Of a stretch of 64,000 bases of DNA, positions 1 through 10,581 are shown in pieces. This DNA comes from Octopus sinensis (Eukaryota). Under the pieces are notes generated by a model, which did not search any database, was not told the DNA's origin, and saw only the letters and a list, made by a program, of their open reading frames with translations. Each line of letters starts with the position of its first letter. Position 1 is the first letter of the stretch. The position numbers and the translations under genes are program-made. The stretch is from the NCBI RefSeq assembly GCF_006345805.1, contig NW_021833260.1, positions 17,369-81,368 on the forward strand, in the 5' to 3' direction.

Positions 1-12
1 ATATATATATAA

Positions 13-398
13 CTAGCAGTATCACCCGGCGTTGCTCGGGTTTGTAAGGGAAATAACTATAAAGCATTTTAGAGAGTCATAGCCAAAAACTAGCAAAAAA
101 TACATTAAAAGTGGAAAAAAATTATGGTAAATTTTTTTTAAATCGTTGACACATCGTAGACATTTTTAGAGAGTTACTTCCCTTATATTAAAAAAAATAT
201 GTATTAAAATGGAAAAAAATGATGGTAAATTATTTTAAAATCGTAGACTCGTCGTAGACGCGCGCTAATACCCAGAAGGGCTTGATATGAATCACGACTA
301 TAAGATACCCGGTTTTAGTTAAACTGCACCGCAAAATGTGGGAGTAATTAGAAATCTAAATCGGAGTAGACACACAACTCTTCATTTATATATAAAGA
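13..398 (-). mobile_element. Non-autonomous Helitron-like element
   Basis: On the minus strand it starts A|TCtttatatataaatg and ends with the GC hairpin cccgagcaacgccggg followed by tgatactgCTAG|T. It sits between A and T with no TSD. Nearly the same 3' end occurs at 41477-41504. Confidence 0.75.
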
Positions 399-514
399 TT
401 TCAATACGCAGCAAATAATTCAGGAGAAAATATTTGCGAAGATATTGACTTTATTATTATCTAGTGTAGCAATTTAGAAATATTTTCTCCTGAATTATTT
501 GCTCCTTATTGAAA
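399..514. repeat. Short inverted repeat / mini-MITE
   Basis: Arms of ~37 bp: tttcaatacgcagcaaataattcaggagaaaatattt (399-435) and its reverse complement (478-514), 2 mismatches. Confidence 0.75.
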
Positions 515-797
515 ATTACGAATCAGATGCAGCTCAGACTTCAACGTGACGGGTTGGGGCTCCCCATAATGGTAACGTGTGCTGAGGAAAGTGAGGCTGT
601 AATATCAGTCAAAGGACCGGTCCGCGTCGGTCCAAATATTTGTATGTATGCTGAGAGATTATCTTAGCTCCTTTGCCTCCGGACGATTGACTTATGTAGG
701 TATTATCGGTGTATTTTGGCGATTTAAATAAGAGTTTTGGCTGTTATTTCCAGTAGGTAGAAATACTTGCCATGTCCTTTGATTAATTTGAAAAACA

Positions 798-877
798 GGA
801 GTGGCTGTGTGGTAAGTAGCTTGCTTACCCACCACATGGTTCGGATTCAATCCCACTGCGTGGTACCATGGACAAGT
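798..877 (+). mobile_element. tRNA-derived SINE family A, 5' head only (interrupted)
   Basis: ggagtggctgtgtggtaagtagcttgct...cccactgcgtgg...gacaagt matches the head of the full copy at 24221-24627. Confidence 0.8.
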
Positions 878-1387
878 AGCCAGCGGTGCCAAAATCACAA
901 AGTATGGTAAGCCAGCGGTGCCAAAATCACAAAGTATGGAAGGACAGCGGTGCCAAAATCACAAAGAATGGAAGGCCAACGGTGCCAAAATCACAAAGTA
1001 TGGAAAGCCAGCGGTGCCAAAATCACAAAGTATGGAAGGCCAGCGGTGCCAAAATCACAAAGTATGGAAAGCCAGCGGTGCCAAAATAACAAAGTATGGA
1101 AAGCCAGCGGTGCCAAAATCACAAAGTATGGAAGCCAGCGGTGCCAAAATCACAAAGTATGGAAGGACAGCGGTGCCAAAATCACAAGAATGGAAGGCCA
1201 ACGGTGCCAAAATCACAAAGTATGGAAAGCCAGCGGTGCCAAAATCACAAAGTATGGAAGGCCAGCGGTGCCAAAATCACAAAGTATGGAAAGCCAGCGG
1301 TGCCAAAATAACAAAGTATGGAAAGCCAGCGGTGCCAAAATCACAAAGTATGGAAAGCCAGCCAAAATCACAAAGTATGGAAAGCCA
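878..1387 (+). repeat. 32-bp tandem minisatellite, ~16 units
   Basis: Unit gccagcggtgccaaaatcacaaagtatggaaa. ORF starts at 886/918/950 confirm the 32-bp period. Variant units recur ~223 bp apart (aggacag at 941 and 1164). Confidence 0.95.
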
Positions 1388-1707
1388 CCGCTATGTTTCC
1401 ATACTTTGAGATTTTGGCACCGCTGGCCTTAAATACTTTGTGATTTTGGCACCGCTGGCCTTCCATACTTTGTGATTTTGGCACCACTGGTCTTCCGTAC
1501 TTTGTAATTTTGAAACCGCTAGCCTTCCATACTTTGTGATTTTGGCACCACTGGCTTTCCATACTTTGTGATTTTGGAACCCCTGGCCTTCCCTACTTTG
1601 TGATTTTGGCACCACTGGCTTTCCATACTTTGTGATTTTGGCACCCCTGGCCTTCCCTACTTTGTGATTTTAGCACCGCTGGCCTTCCATACTTTGTGAT
1701 TTTGGCA
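1388..1707 (-). repeat. Same 32-bp minisatellite, inverted, ~10 units
   Basis: Units read ttccatactttgtgattttggcaccgctggc. 1391-1470 is the reverse complement of ~4605-4690, including diagnostic variants. Confidence 0.95.
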
Positions 1708-2296
1708 TTTTCACCGAAAAGTTTACCTAAGAATGTTTCGAAAATTTTCACCAAAAATTTTCCGAGAATTTTCACCGAAAACGATGTCGACGTTTATAGA
1801 CTTCAGCATATGGAGTATATTCGCTATGTGGTTTTTCGAAAATTTTCATCGAAATTTTACACAAAAATTTTCCGACAATTTTCCCCAATAATTTTCCGAA
1901 AACGATGTCGAATATTTTAACCGAAAATTTTAGCCTAAAATTTTTTCAAAATGTTTGCCGAAAATTTTCTACAAAAATTTTTCGAAAATTTTCACCGAAA
2001 ATTTTACCCAAATATTTTTAGAAAATTTTCACAAAAAATTTTCCGAAAATTTTCTATGAAAATTTTACACAAAAATTTTTCGAAAATTTTCAACAAAAGT
2101 TTTTCGAAAATTTTCACCGAAATCTATGTCGACGTTTATAGACTTCAGCATATGGAGCATATTCGTTATATGGTTTTTCAAAAATTTTCACTGAAAATTT
2201 TCCCCCAAAATTTTTCAGAAATGTTCACCGAAAAGTTTACCCAAAAATATGTTATTGCTAAAAATAGATATTTATGTGGTGCAGCTGCTGCTTTCT

Positions 2297-2308
2297 GTGT
2301 ATATATAG
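2297..2308 (+). promoter_or_regulatory. TATA-like box upstream of Rep-like ATG
   Basis: gtgTATATATAg about 39 nt upstream of the ATG at 2339. The same upstream block precedes the minus-strand copy (~3730-3742) and occurs alone at ~2555-2615. Confidence 0.45.
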
Positions 2309-2338
2309 AGTGAATTCTGGTTTACTACTACAGTCAAG

Positions 2339-2458
2339 ATGCCTCACCATCCACGATACACCAGATTTTGCTTTACACTTAACAACTATGACGATGTCGA
2401 CGTTTATAAACTTCAGCATATGGAGCATATTCGTTATATGGCTTTTCGAAAATTTTAA
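2339..2458 (+). pseudogene. rep: Endogenous CRESS-DNA-virus (circovirus-like) Rep N-terminal fragment, copy 1
   Basis: Manual translation MPHHPRYTRFCFTLNNYDDVDVYKLQHMEHIRYMAFRKF*. RCR motif I (CFTLNNY), an acidic helix and a YMVF-like strand occur at the spacing typical of circovirus-like Reps. Truncated before motif II. Confidence 0.8.
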
Positions 2459-3226
2459 CCGAAACTTTTCCCCAAAAATTTTTCGAAAATTTTCACCGAA
2501 AATTTTACCCAAAAATGTTTCGAAAATTTTCACCAAAAATTTTACCCAAAATTTCACTCTTTATATACACATAAAGAAGCCACATAAAAATCTATTTTTA
2601 GCAATAACATAAATTTATTTTTGGGTAAAATTTTCGGTGAACATTTTCGGAAAAATTTTTGGCAAAAATTTTCCGTGAAAATTTTTGAAAAATATTCGGG
2701 TAAAATTTTCGGTGAAAATTTTCGAAAAACTATATAACGAATATGCTCCATATGCTCAAGTCTATAAACGTCGACATCGTTATCGGTGAAAATTTTCGGA
2801 AAAATTTGGGGAAAATTTTCATGGAAAATATTTGGAAAAATTTGGGGAAAATTTTCGTGGAAAATTTTCGGATAATTTTTAGTGAAAATTTTCGAATAAT
2901 TTTTGTGTAAAATTTTCGGTGAAAATTTTCGAAAAACCATATAAAGAATATGCTCCATATGCTGAAGTCTATAAACGTCAACATCGTTTTCGGTGGAAAC
3001 TTTTCGGAAATTATTGGTGAAAATTTTCGAAAAATTTTCGGGTAAAATTTTCGGTGAAAATTTTAGGAAAACTTTTGGAGAAAATTTTCGAGAAATTTTT
3101 GGGTAAAATTTGTGGTGAAAATTTTCGAAAAATTTTTGGGTAAAATTTTCGGTGAAGATTTTCGAAAAATTTTTGGGGAAAATTTTCGGCAAAAATTTTC
3201 AAAAAATTTTTGGGTAAAAATTTCGG

Positions 3227-3346
3227 TTAAAATTTTCGAAAAACCATGTAACGAATATGCTCCACATGCTGAAGTCCATAAACGACGACATCATCATAGT
3301 TGTTAAGTGTAAAGCAGTATCTGGTGTATCGTGGATGGTGAGGCAT
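3227..3346 (-). pseudogene. rep: CRESS Rep N-terminal fragment, copy 2
   Basis: Manual translation MPHHPRYTRYCFTLNNYDDVVVYGLQHVEHIRYMVFRKF*. Confidence 0.8.
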
Positions 3347-3580
3347 CTTGACTGTAGTAGTGCCAAAATCACAAAGTATGGAAAGCCAATTTTTGGTGAA
3401 AATTTTCGAAAAACCATATAACGAATATGCTCAATATGCTGAAGTCTATAAACGTCGACATCGTCATAGTTGCTAAGTGTAAAATTTTTGTGTAAAATTT
3501 TCAGTGAAGATTTTCGGTGAACATTTTCGAAAAATATTTGGAGAAAATTTTCGGTCAAAATTTTTGGGTAAAATTTTCCG

Positions 3581-3700
3581 TTAAAATAATCGAAAAACCA
3601 TATAACGAATATGCTCCATATGCTGAAGTCTATAAACTTCGACATCGTCATAATTGTTAAGTGTAAAGCAGAACCTGGTGTATCGTGGATGATGAGGCAT
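3581..3700 (-). pseudogene. rep: CRESS Rep N-terminal fragment, copy 3
   Basis: Manual translation MPHHPRYTRFCFTLNNYDDVEVYRLQHMEHIRYMVFRLF*, preceded by the TATA-containing block. Confidence 0.8.
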
Positions 3701-4466
3701 CTTGACAGTAGTAGTAAACCAGAATTCACTCTATATATACACAGAAAGCAGCCACATAAAAATCTTTTTTTAGCAATAAATAACATAAATCTATTTTTGG
3801 GTAAAATTTTCGGTGAACATTTTCGAAAAATGTTTGGGGAAAATTTTCCATCAAAATTATTGAAAAATTTTCGGTTAAAATTTTCGGTGAAAATTTTCGA
3901 AAAACCATATAACGAATATGCTCCATATGCTGAAGTGTATTTCGGTTAAAATTTTCGGAAAAATTTTGGGAAAATTATTGTGTAAAATTTTTGGAAAAAT
4001 TTTGGAGAAAATTTTCGAAGAATTTTTGGGTAAAGTTTTCGAGAAATTTTTGGGTAAAATTTTCAGTGAAAATTTTCGAAAAATTAATGGGTAACATTTT
4101 CGGTGATAATTTTCGTTAAATTTTTGGGGAAAATGTTCGCAAAAATTTTCAAGAAATTCTTGGGTAACATTTTCATTGAAAATTTTCTAAAAAATATATA
4201 ACGAATATGCTCCATATGCTGAAGACCATAAAGGTCGACATCGTTTTACGTGAAAATTCTCTGAAAATTTTTGGGGAAAATTTTCGGAAAATTCTTTGTG
4301 AAAATTTTCGAAAAATATTTGGGTAAAATTTTCGGTTAAAAAGTTCCAAAAATTTTTGAAGATTTTCGAAAAATATTTGGGTAAAATTTTCGGTGAAAAT
4401 TTTCGGAAAATTTTTGGTGAAAATTTTCGAAAAATATTTGGGTAAAATTTTCGGTAAAATTTTGAC

Positions 4467-5209
4467 TGCCAAAATCACAAAGTATGGAAACCTAACGGTG
4501 CCAATATCACAAAGTATGTAAGGCCTGCAGTGCCAAAATCACAAAGTATGGTAAGCCAGCGGTGCCAAAATCACAAAGTATGGAAGGCCAGCGGTGCCAA
4601 AATCACAAAGTATGGAAGGCCAGCGGTGCCAAAATCACAAAGTATTTAAGGCCAGCGGTGCCAAAATCTCAAAGTATGGAAACATAGCGGTGCCAAAATC
4701 ACCAAGCATGGAAGGCCAACGGTGCCAAAATCACAAAGTATGGAAAGCCAACGGTGCCAAAATCACAAAATATGGAAAGCCAGCGGTGCCAAAATCACAA
4801 TGTATGGAAAGCCAGCGGTGCCAAAATCACAAAGTATGGAAACCTAGCGGTGCCAAAATCACAAAATATGGAAAGCTAGCAGTGCCAAAATCACAAAGTA
4901 TGGAAAGCCAGCGGTGCCAAAATCACAAAATATGGAAAGCCAGCGGTGCCAAAATCACAATGTATGGAAAGCCAGCAGTGCCAAAATCACAAAGTATGGA
5001 AACCTAGCGGTGCCAAAATCACAAAATATGGAAAGCTAGCAGTGCCAAAATCACAAAGTATGGAAAGCTAGCAGTGCCAAAATCACAAAGTATGGAAAGC
5101 TAGCAGTGCCACAATCACAAAGTATGAAAAGCTAGCAGTGCCAAAATCACAAAGTATGGAAAGCTAGCAATGCCAAAATCACAAAGTATAGAAAGCTAGC
5201 AATGCCAAA
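4467..5209 (+). repeat. 32-bp tandem minisatellite, ~23 units
   Basis: Same unit as 878-1387. Distal units drift gccagcgg > gctagcag > gctagcaa. Confidence 0.95.
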
Positions 5210-5268
5210 GATTTATGTGGATGCTTATGGTATCTGATATGGATAGAATAGGCCACACAAATACAACT

Positions 5269-5491
5269 TTAACTCTTGAACATTCAGATTTCTTTGTCAA
5301 ATGTAAACCTTATTTATTCACATTTTTTTGAATTAATCATGCATTTTCTCATAGCTTCACAATTTCTATGATGTGGTTGTTTATTTTTAGAATGACCTTG
5401 TAGGGTACGTGTGAGGCATTGGATCTGCTCAGTTTTCACATAAAAGGAGAATATCTGGACCAGGAATGGCTGGATTAAATGCTAGAGTTAA
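5269..5491 (-). mobile_element. Degenerate piggyBac-like MITE
   Basis: TTAA-flanked. Diverged reverse complement of the copy at 23684-23910. Confidence 0.6.
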
Positions 5492-5495
5492 GCCC

Positions 5496-5800
5496 ACTAT
5501 AGCGTCGGGCCGACCAAAGCCTTGTGAGTGGATTTGGTAGACGGAAACTAAAAGAAGCCCGTCGTATGTGTGTATGTGTGTGTATATGTTTGTGTGTCTG
5601 GGTTTCTCCCTCCAGCATCACTTGACAACCGATACTGATGTGTTTACGTCCCCGTAACTTAGCAGTTCAGCAAAAAGAGACCAACAGAATAAGTACTAGG
5701 CTTACAAAGAATAAATCCTGCGTCGATTTGCTCGACTAAAGGCGGTGCTCCAGCATGGCCGCAGTCAAATGACTGAAACAAGTAAAAGAGTAAAAGAGTA
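5496..5800 (+). mobile_element. SINE family A, body and 3' tail
   Basis: actatagc...gggccgaccaaagccttgtgagtggatttggtagacgg...gactgaaacaagtaaaagagtaaaagag. Resumes the family A sequence a few nt after the point where the head at 798-877 stops. Confidence 0.85.
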
Positions 5801-5833
5801 TATATATATATTCATATATACACATACATATAC

Positions 5834-5881
<48 letters not shown>

Positions 5882-6149
5882 TTAGGCGCATGCACGCCGG
5901 TGTGCGGGCGCGCATGTGTAGGGACGAGCATGCGTGGTTACGCAAATACTATGAAGTTTTTGCCCCCCTTACTTTTACTCCCTTCCCTCATAGCGGTTAT
6001 TTAAATAGCTCTTTTGTCTTAATAACGGTCAATCACAGAGTCATTTCTCATAGCATTTTTCCGATGGCTGGATAACTGAAGAATGGTGGCGTGGATTTCC
6101 ACCTCGGCATCCGGAATACGGAGTTTTATCATGGCTACCGAATAATTGT

Positions 6150-6271
<122 letters not shown>

Positions 6272-6439
6272 TTAATATTAGGGAGTATAACTCCAAACTT
6301 ACAGGGAAAATTTCAATTTAGCATTAAATCAAATTTCACAGTATAAATTTATAAAATATAAATTAGAGGTAAAACCACTATATATTTATCATTCATTTTA
6401 TACTTTTTTAGATCTTGCTGTAAGTTGTATATTCAAAAC

Positions 6440-6490
<51 letters not shown>

Positions 6491-6553
6491 TTATTTATGT
6501 ATTAGTTTATGTCTATCACTGTTTGAGTTGCATAATAGTGGTTTTATCTCTAA

Positions 6554-6593
<40 letters not shown>

Positions 6594-7904
6594 TATCCAA
6601 TGGGTTTTGTTTTTCAGTTATCGATGATCATATATATAGCTATTAGCAGTTGTATTCGTATAGTTATTGTTTCGTGCATTAATATCATTATAAAAGCCAT
6701 GCAACGAATGATTCCCTTTTCATCCCCCCACATTTCGCTAGTTTGTAACAAAAACAATATTAGCATTTTTAAAAGAAAAATATTATTGATATTCTTTTTC
6801 AAACATATTAAACTGTTAATTCTTCTCTGAACCCTTATTTAATCTTTTGATTTCTCTTCGCCTTTTGATTTCTATTTCGTGTGTTTGTGTGTTTATGTGT
6901 GTGTGTTTACACAAACACGTGTGTGTCTAACCCTCTTTATATTTCGTTGTTTGTTTACGTGTTATTGTTTTCTTTCGTGTGTCTGGTGCGCCTAAGTCTT
7001 TATTTCCCCACCCCTCGCCTCACTCTCTCTGTCTCTCTTTATATGGTTTATTATGAAGCTGAGTTTGTATCCCTGCGTGCTTCTTTCTTTAGATAATTCA
7101 TAAGATTATAGAACCCTAATTCGATTGTCTATTTGACCCAATCTGCCAATTTTCCTTAAATGCTTGTCGATTCTTGACTAATTCTATTTTCACCGTATTC
7201 TCTGATGTTTTTTCTTTGTTGTTTGTGCTCTTATTAGTGTCGCTGTTGTTGTTGTTATTATCGTTCTCTTCTTTGGTACAAATAGCCCATAGTCAGATAC
7301 AAGATTTAAAACAACAACAGCAACAACAATAACTAGAAAATCAGGATATAATTACAGAATTGTCTAATTAACAGGTAAAGATTACAAGAATTACGGTGTA
7401 GTTCTTTTGAAATAGATAACAATTCGTCTTTGAAAATTATACTGTGGAGAACAGCACATACAAGCAGGCTAATACACACTCACATACACTAGAATGTGCT
7501 TCTATACATACAATCATACTTGTACGCATACATACGTATATACATACATATATACATACATGCATATATACATACATTCAGACAGACGCAAAGACATAAG
7601 CGCTCGTATGAACATATATATTATCAGGTAAATTTAGACTTGCGTTTGAGTTCAAAAAGATCTTTGGAAAACGAAATTAAATTATTGCGTTTGTGTGCGT
7701 GCGTATATGTGTGTAGTGGTTTATACCATTTTCAGTCTGTGTGCATATGTGTGTATCTGTATATACCACTGTGTGTTTATACGTCGTGTTTGGCATAGCA
7801 TTTATTATCTTATTGTTTTTGTAAAATATTAATCAAATTTTTAGTGCTATAATTTCAAAAATTATGTTGACTCTTTGATTTCAATATTCTTTATATTTTG
7901 TTCA

Positions 7905-7918
7905 TACATGTACATATA

Positions 7919-7957
<39 letters not shown>

Positions 7958-8341
7958 TAATATATATATATATATATGTATAAATATATATATTTATATA
8001 TAAGCATGCACATATATATATATATATATGTATGCGTGTGTATATATATTCATACATACATATGTATACATATGTATATACATATATATATAAGCATAGA
8101 AATACATATACTCATATATATATATACATGCACTTATATGCATATATATACATATACACATGTATAGATACTTACAAGCATACATACATACATATACATA
8201 CATACATATACATACATGCACACACCACATACATACATACATACATACATACTTACATACATACATGCATACATACATACATACATACATGCATGTATGC
8301 ATACATACATACATACATACATACATACATACATACATACA

Positions 8342-8373
<32 letters not shown>

Positions 8374-8375
8374 CA
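7905..8375. repeat. (TA)n/(TACA)n microsatellite
   Basis: Direct reading. Confidence 0.9.
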
Positions 8376-8765
8376 AACTTTTGTTAAAAGTTATACCCTC
8401 TGGATATATGCGTAAAGTTTATATTATCTGTTTTATTTCGATATGTAAATAATTTTTACATTTTTATTACAAAGATATCAGGAGCCACCCTGCCCTTACA
8501 GGAAATTCATCAAATTCTCGCCAATTCATGTATAATTTTATCTTATTAGAATTTTGAATCTCTGTCAGAAAGTTAGCTTTTGATATCAAATTCTTTGTTT
8601 TGCTTTAATTTCCTTCGCCCCGTTTACGATGTAATCGAATATAGGCCCGCACACAAATTTCATGTCTTCTGCTTATAGTAGACAGGATTATTATTATTAT
8701 TATTAAAATTATTATTATTATTATTATTATCATAATAATAATTATTATTATTGTTGTTGTTGTTG

Positions 8766-8851
<86 letters not shown>

Positions 8852-8854
<3 letters not shown>

Positions 8855-9355
8855 TAGTTTTATTTTTATAGCGTGCTTTCACTTCACTACCGAGCGCAGC
8901 TCTGTGTGCCTTGGGTATGTGCTGTGATTTGTTGTAATGCTCTGATGGTTATTGTATGGAAAGTGCTCCGCGTAGGATGTGTGCAGTGCCTAGTAGTGCA
9001 ATTTTTTGTATGTTATATGTGTTTGTAAGTCTTGGTGTTTTTGTTATGTATTTGTCTGAATATTTTTTTATCATGCCTAATGCACCTACTATGATAGGAA
9101 TTGTCTCTGTTTTTAGGTTCCCCATTCTCTATTTCCAGGTCTTTGTATTTTGAGAGTTTCTCCATTTCTTTTAGAGACACGTTGTCATCTGCCGGTATTG
9201 ATACATCAATTAGAAAGCATTTTTTTTCTTCATGATCTCTGACAACTATATCTGGCCTGTTGCCCTTAATTTCTCTATCTGTGTGTATCGGCATATCCCA
9301 GAGTATGGTTGCTTTCTCGTTTTCTGTGACCTTTTCTGGTGTGTGCCTATACCAT
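8852..9355 (-). mobile_element. 5'-truncated R4/Dong-type non-LTR retrotransposon (restriction-like endonuclease end plus 3' UTR)
   Basis: ORF 9013-9294 contains NRPDIVV...LIDVSIP...EKLSKYKDL (PD..D..K REL motif). Flanked by (TAA)n on both sides. The 3' UTR is nearly identical to the copy starting at 58898. Confidence 0.85.
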
Positions 9356-9372
9356 TATTATCATTATTATTA

Positions 9373-9439
<67 letters not shown>

Positions 9440-9441
<2 letters not shown>

Positions 9442-9912
9442 TTGACTTTTGCTTTACATTTGTACAATTGGCTTCAAGTCTCACCCAGAGACCTCAAGAG
9501 ATATTAATTTAGAATTTCATGTCGGTGTTATGCCTAGGGTGCCATATATTTGGTTTTGTACATAGTGTTGTTCTAGAGAATGTTTAAGAAATCATACGAA
9601 AATCATTTGTTTGTTTTAAAACTTGAGATTACATAGAAAGTATTTTGCGTAGGATATGGGTAGTTTGAATTTCTGCCATTTTGGGGTTTCCTGGTATCTG
9701 AGCTAGGTAGCAATCAGCCCCTTTTGCTATCATTCTCAGGGCACCTATGGCAACAGGTATTGTTTTAATCTTCAGGTTCCACATTTTGCTAGTTTCTATT
9801 TCAAGATTTTTATATTTGCTCAGTTTTTGGTAGATCTTGACTGATACGTTTTTATCGATTGGGACAGTCATATTAATGAGGAGGCATGATTTTTGTCTGA
9901 AGTCTTTCATGT
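9440..9912 (-). mobile_element. R4/Dong-type LINE 3' fragment (second family)
   Basis: KSCLLINMTVPIDKNVSVK...KLSKYKNLEIE...IPVAIGAL...HILRKILSM; (TAA)n tail. Confidence 0.75.
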
Positions 9913-9959
9913 TGTTGTTGTTGTTCTTCTTCTTTTTCTTGTTGTTGTTATTGTTATTT

Positions 9960-10160
9960 GGGCGCAAACCTGGCAGATTCGTTAGCACACCGGGTAAAAT
10001 GCTTAGCAGCATTTCGACCGGAGTTCCAATTCTGCTGAGGTCAACTTTGCCTTTCATCCTTTCGGGGTCGATAAATTAAGTACCAGTTACGCACTGGGGT
10101 CGATATAATCCACTATCCCCGTCCCCCAAAATTTCAGACCATGTGCCTATATTAGAAAGG
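9960..10160 (+). mobile_element. tRNA-derived SINE family B (diverged)
   Basis: Core gactttgcctttcatcctttcggggtcgataaattaagtaccag is shared with many copies in the window. Confidence 0.8.
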
Positions 10161-10179
10161 ATTATTATTATTATCATTA

Positions 10180-10560
10180 TTTCTCTTTATCACATGTTTT
10201 GTTCGAGCTCCTTGAGTCTTACATTCGTAGCGGACTTGCTACCTGCAGCCTACGGTACCATGTTATTCTTTTCAGCTATCTAATACTTTTCCTGATGATT
10301 CTGGCCATGCCAAGGAGGCAAACCTTTTTAACAGTTCTACAGGGAACTCTATTCCAATTTCCTTTATATTCCTCTTGATGCCTTCTAATACTGTTCCCAA
10401 AGCCCCCAAAATAATTAGCACTATCTTCACCTTCTTCATTTTCCGTAGCCGGGTTATTTTGTACTTAAGTGGGTTGTATTTGTCTATCTTTTCGCTTTCC
10501 GCTTGAATATTCGTGGGACAAAGGCGCATACAACATGAACTATACAGCATATGTGGTGCA
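10180..10560 (-). mobile_element. R4/Dong-type LINE 3' fragment (third family)
   Basis: EKIDKYNPLKY...IVLIILGALGTV REL C-terminal motif. Confidence 0.65.
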
Positions 10561-10581
10561 TCTTGTGCACTATTATTATTA

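Larger units (their letters stand above)
1708..4466. repeat. AT-rich satellite (cgaaaattttcaccgaaaattttacccaaaaatttt-like) interleaved with viral Rep-like fragments
   Basis: Short palindromic AAAATTTT/TTTTCGAAAA modules. Plus orientation to ~2553, minus orientation afterwards. One 32-bp unit is embedded at ~3360-3388. Confidence 0.85.

Noticed and set aside
594-612. Possible CRESS origin (minus-strand TGATATTAC in a weak stem)
   Set aside because: Mismatches the NANTATTAC consensus, the stem is only ~3-5 bp, and it lies outside the insert. No convincing origin was found in 878-5209.
878-1707. 32-bp repeats as a CRISPR array
   Set aside because: Units abut directly with no unique spacers, the context is eukaryotic, and there are no cas genes.
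886-5007. ORFs PKSQSMESQRCQNHKVWK... and FSPKIFRK...
   Set aside because: Translations of the tandem repeats in several frames. Only the embedded FTLNNY...YMVF segment resembles a known protein.
6074-6122. CTGAAGA...GGAAT as a hammerhead
   Set aside because: GAAA core absent and stems unclear. It may be a Penelope remnant but cannot be supported.
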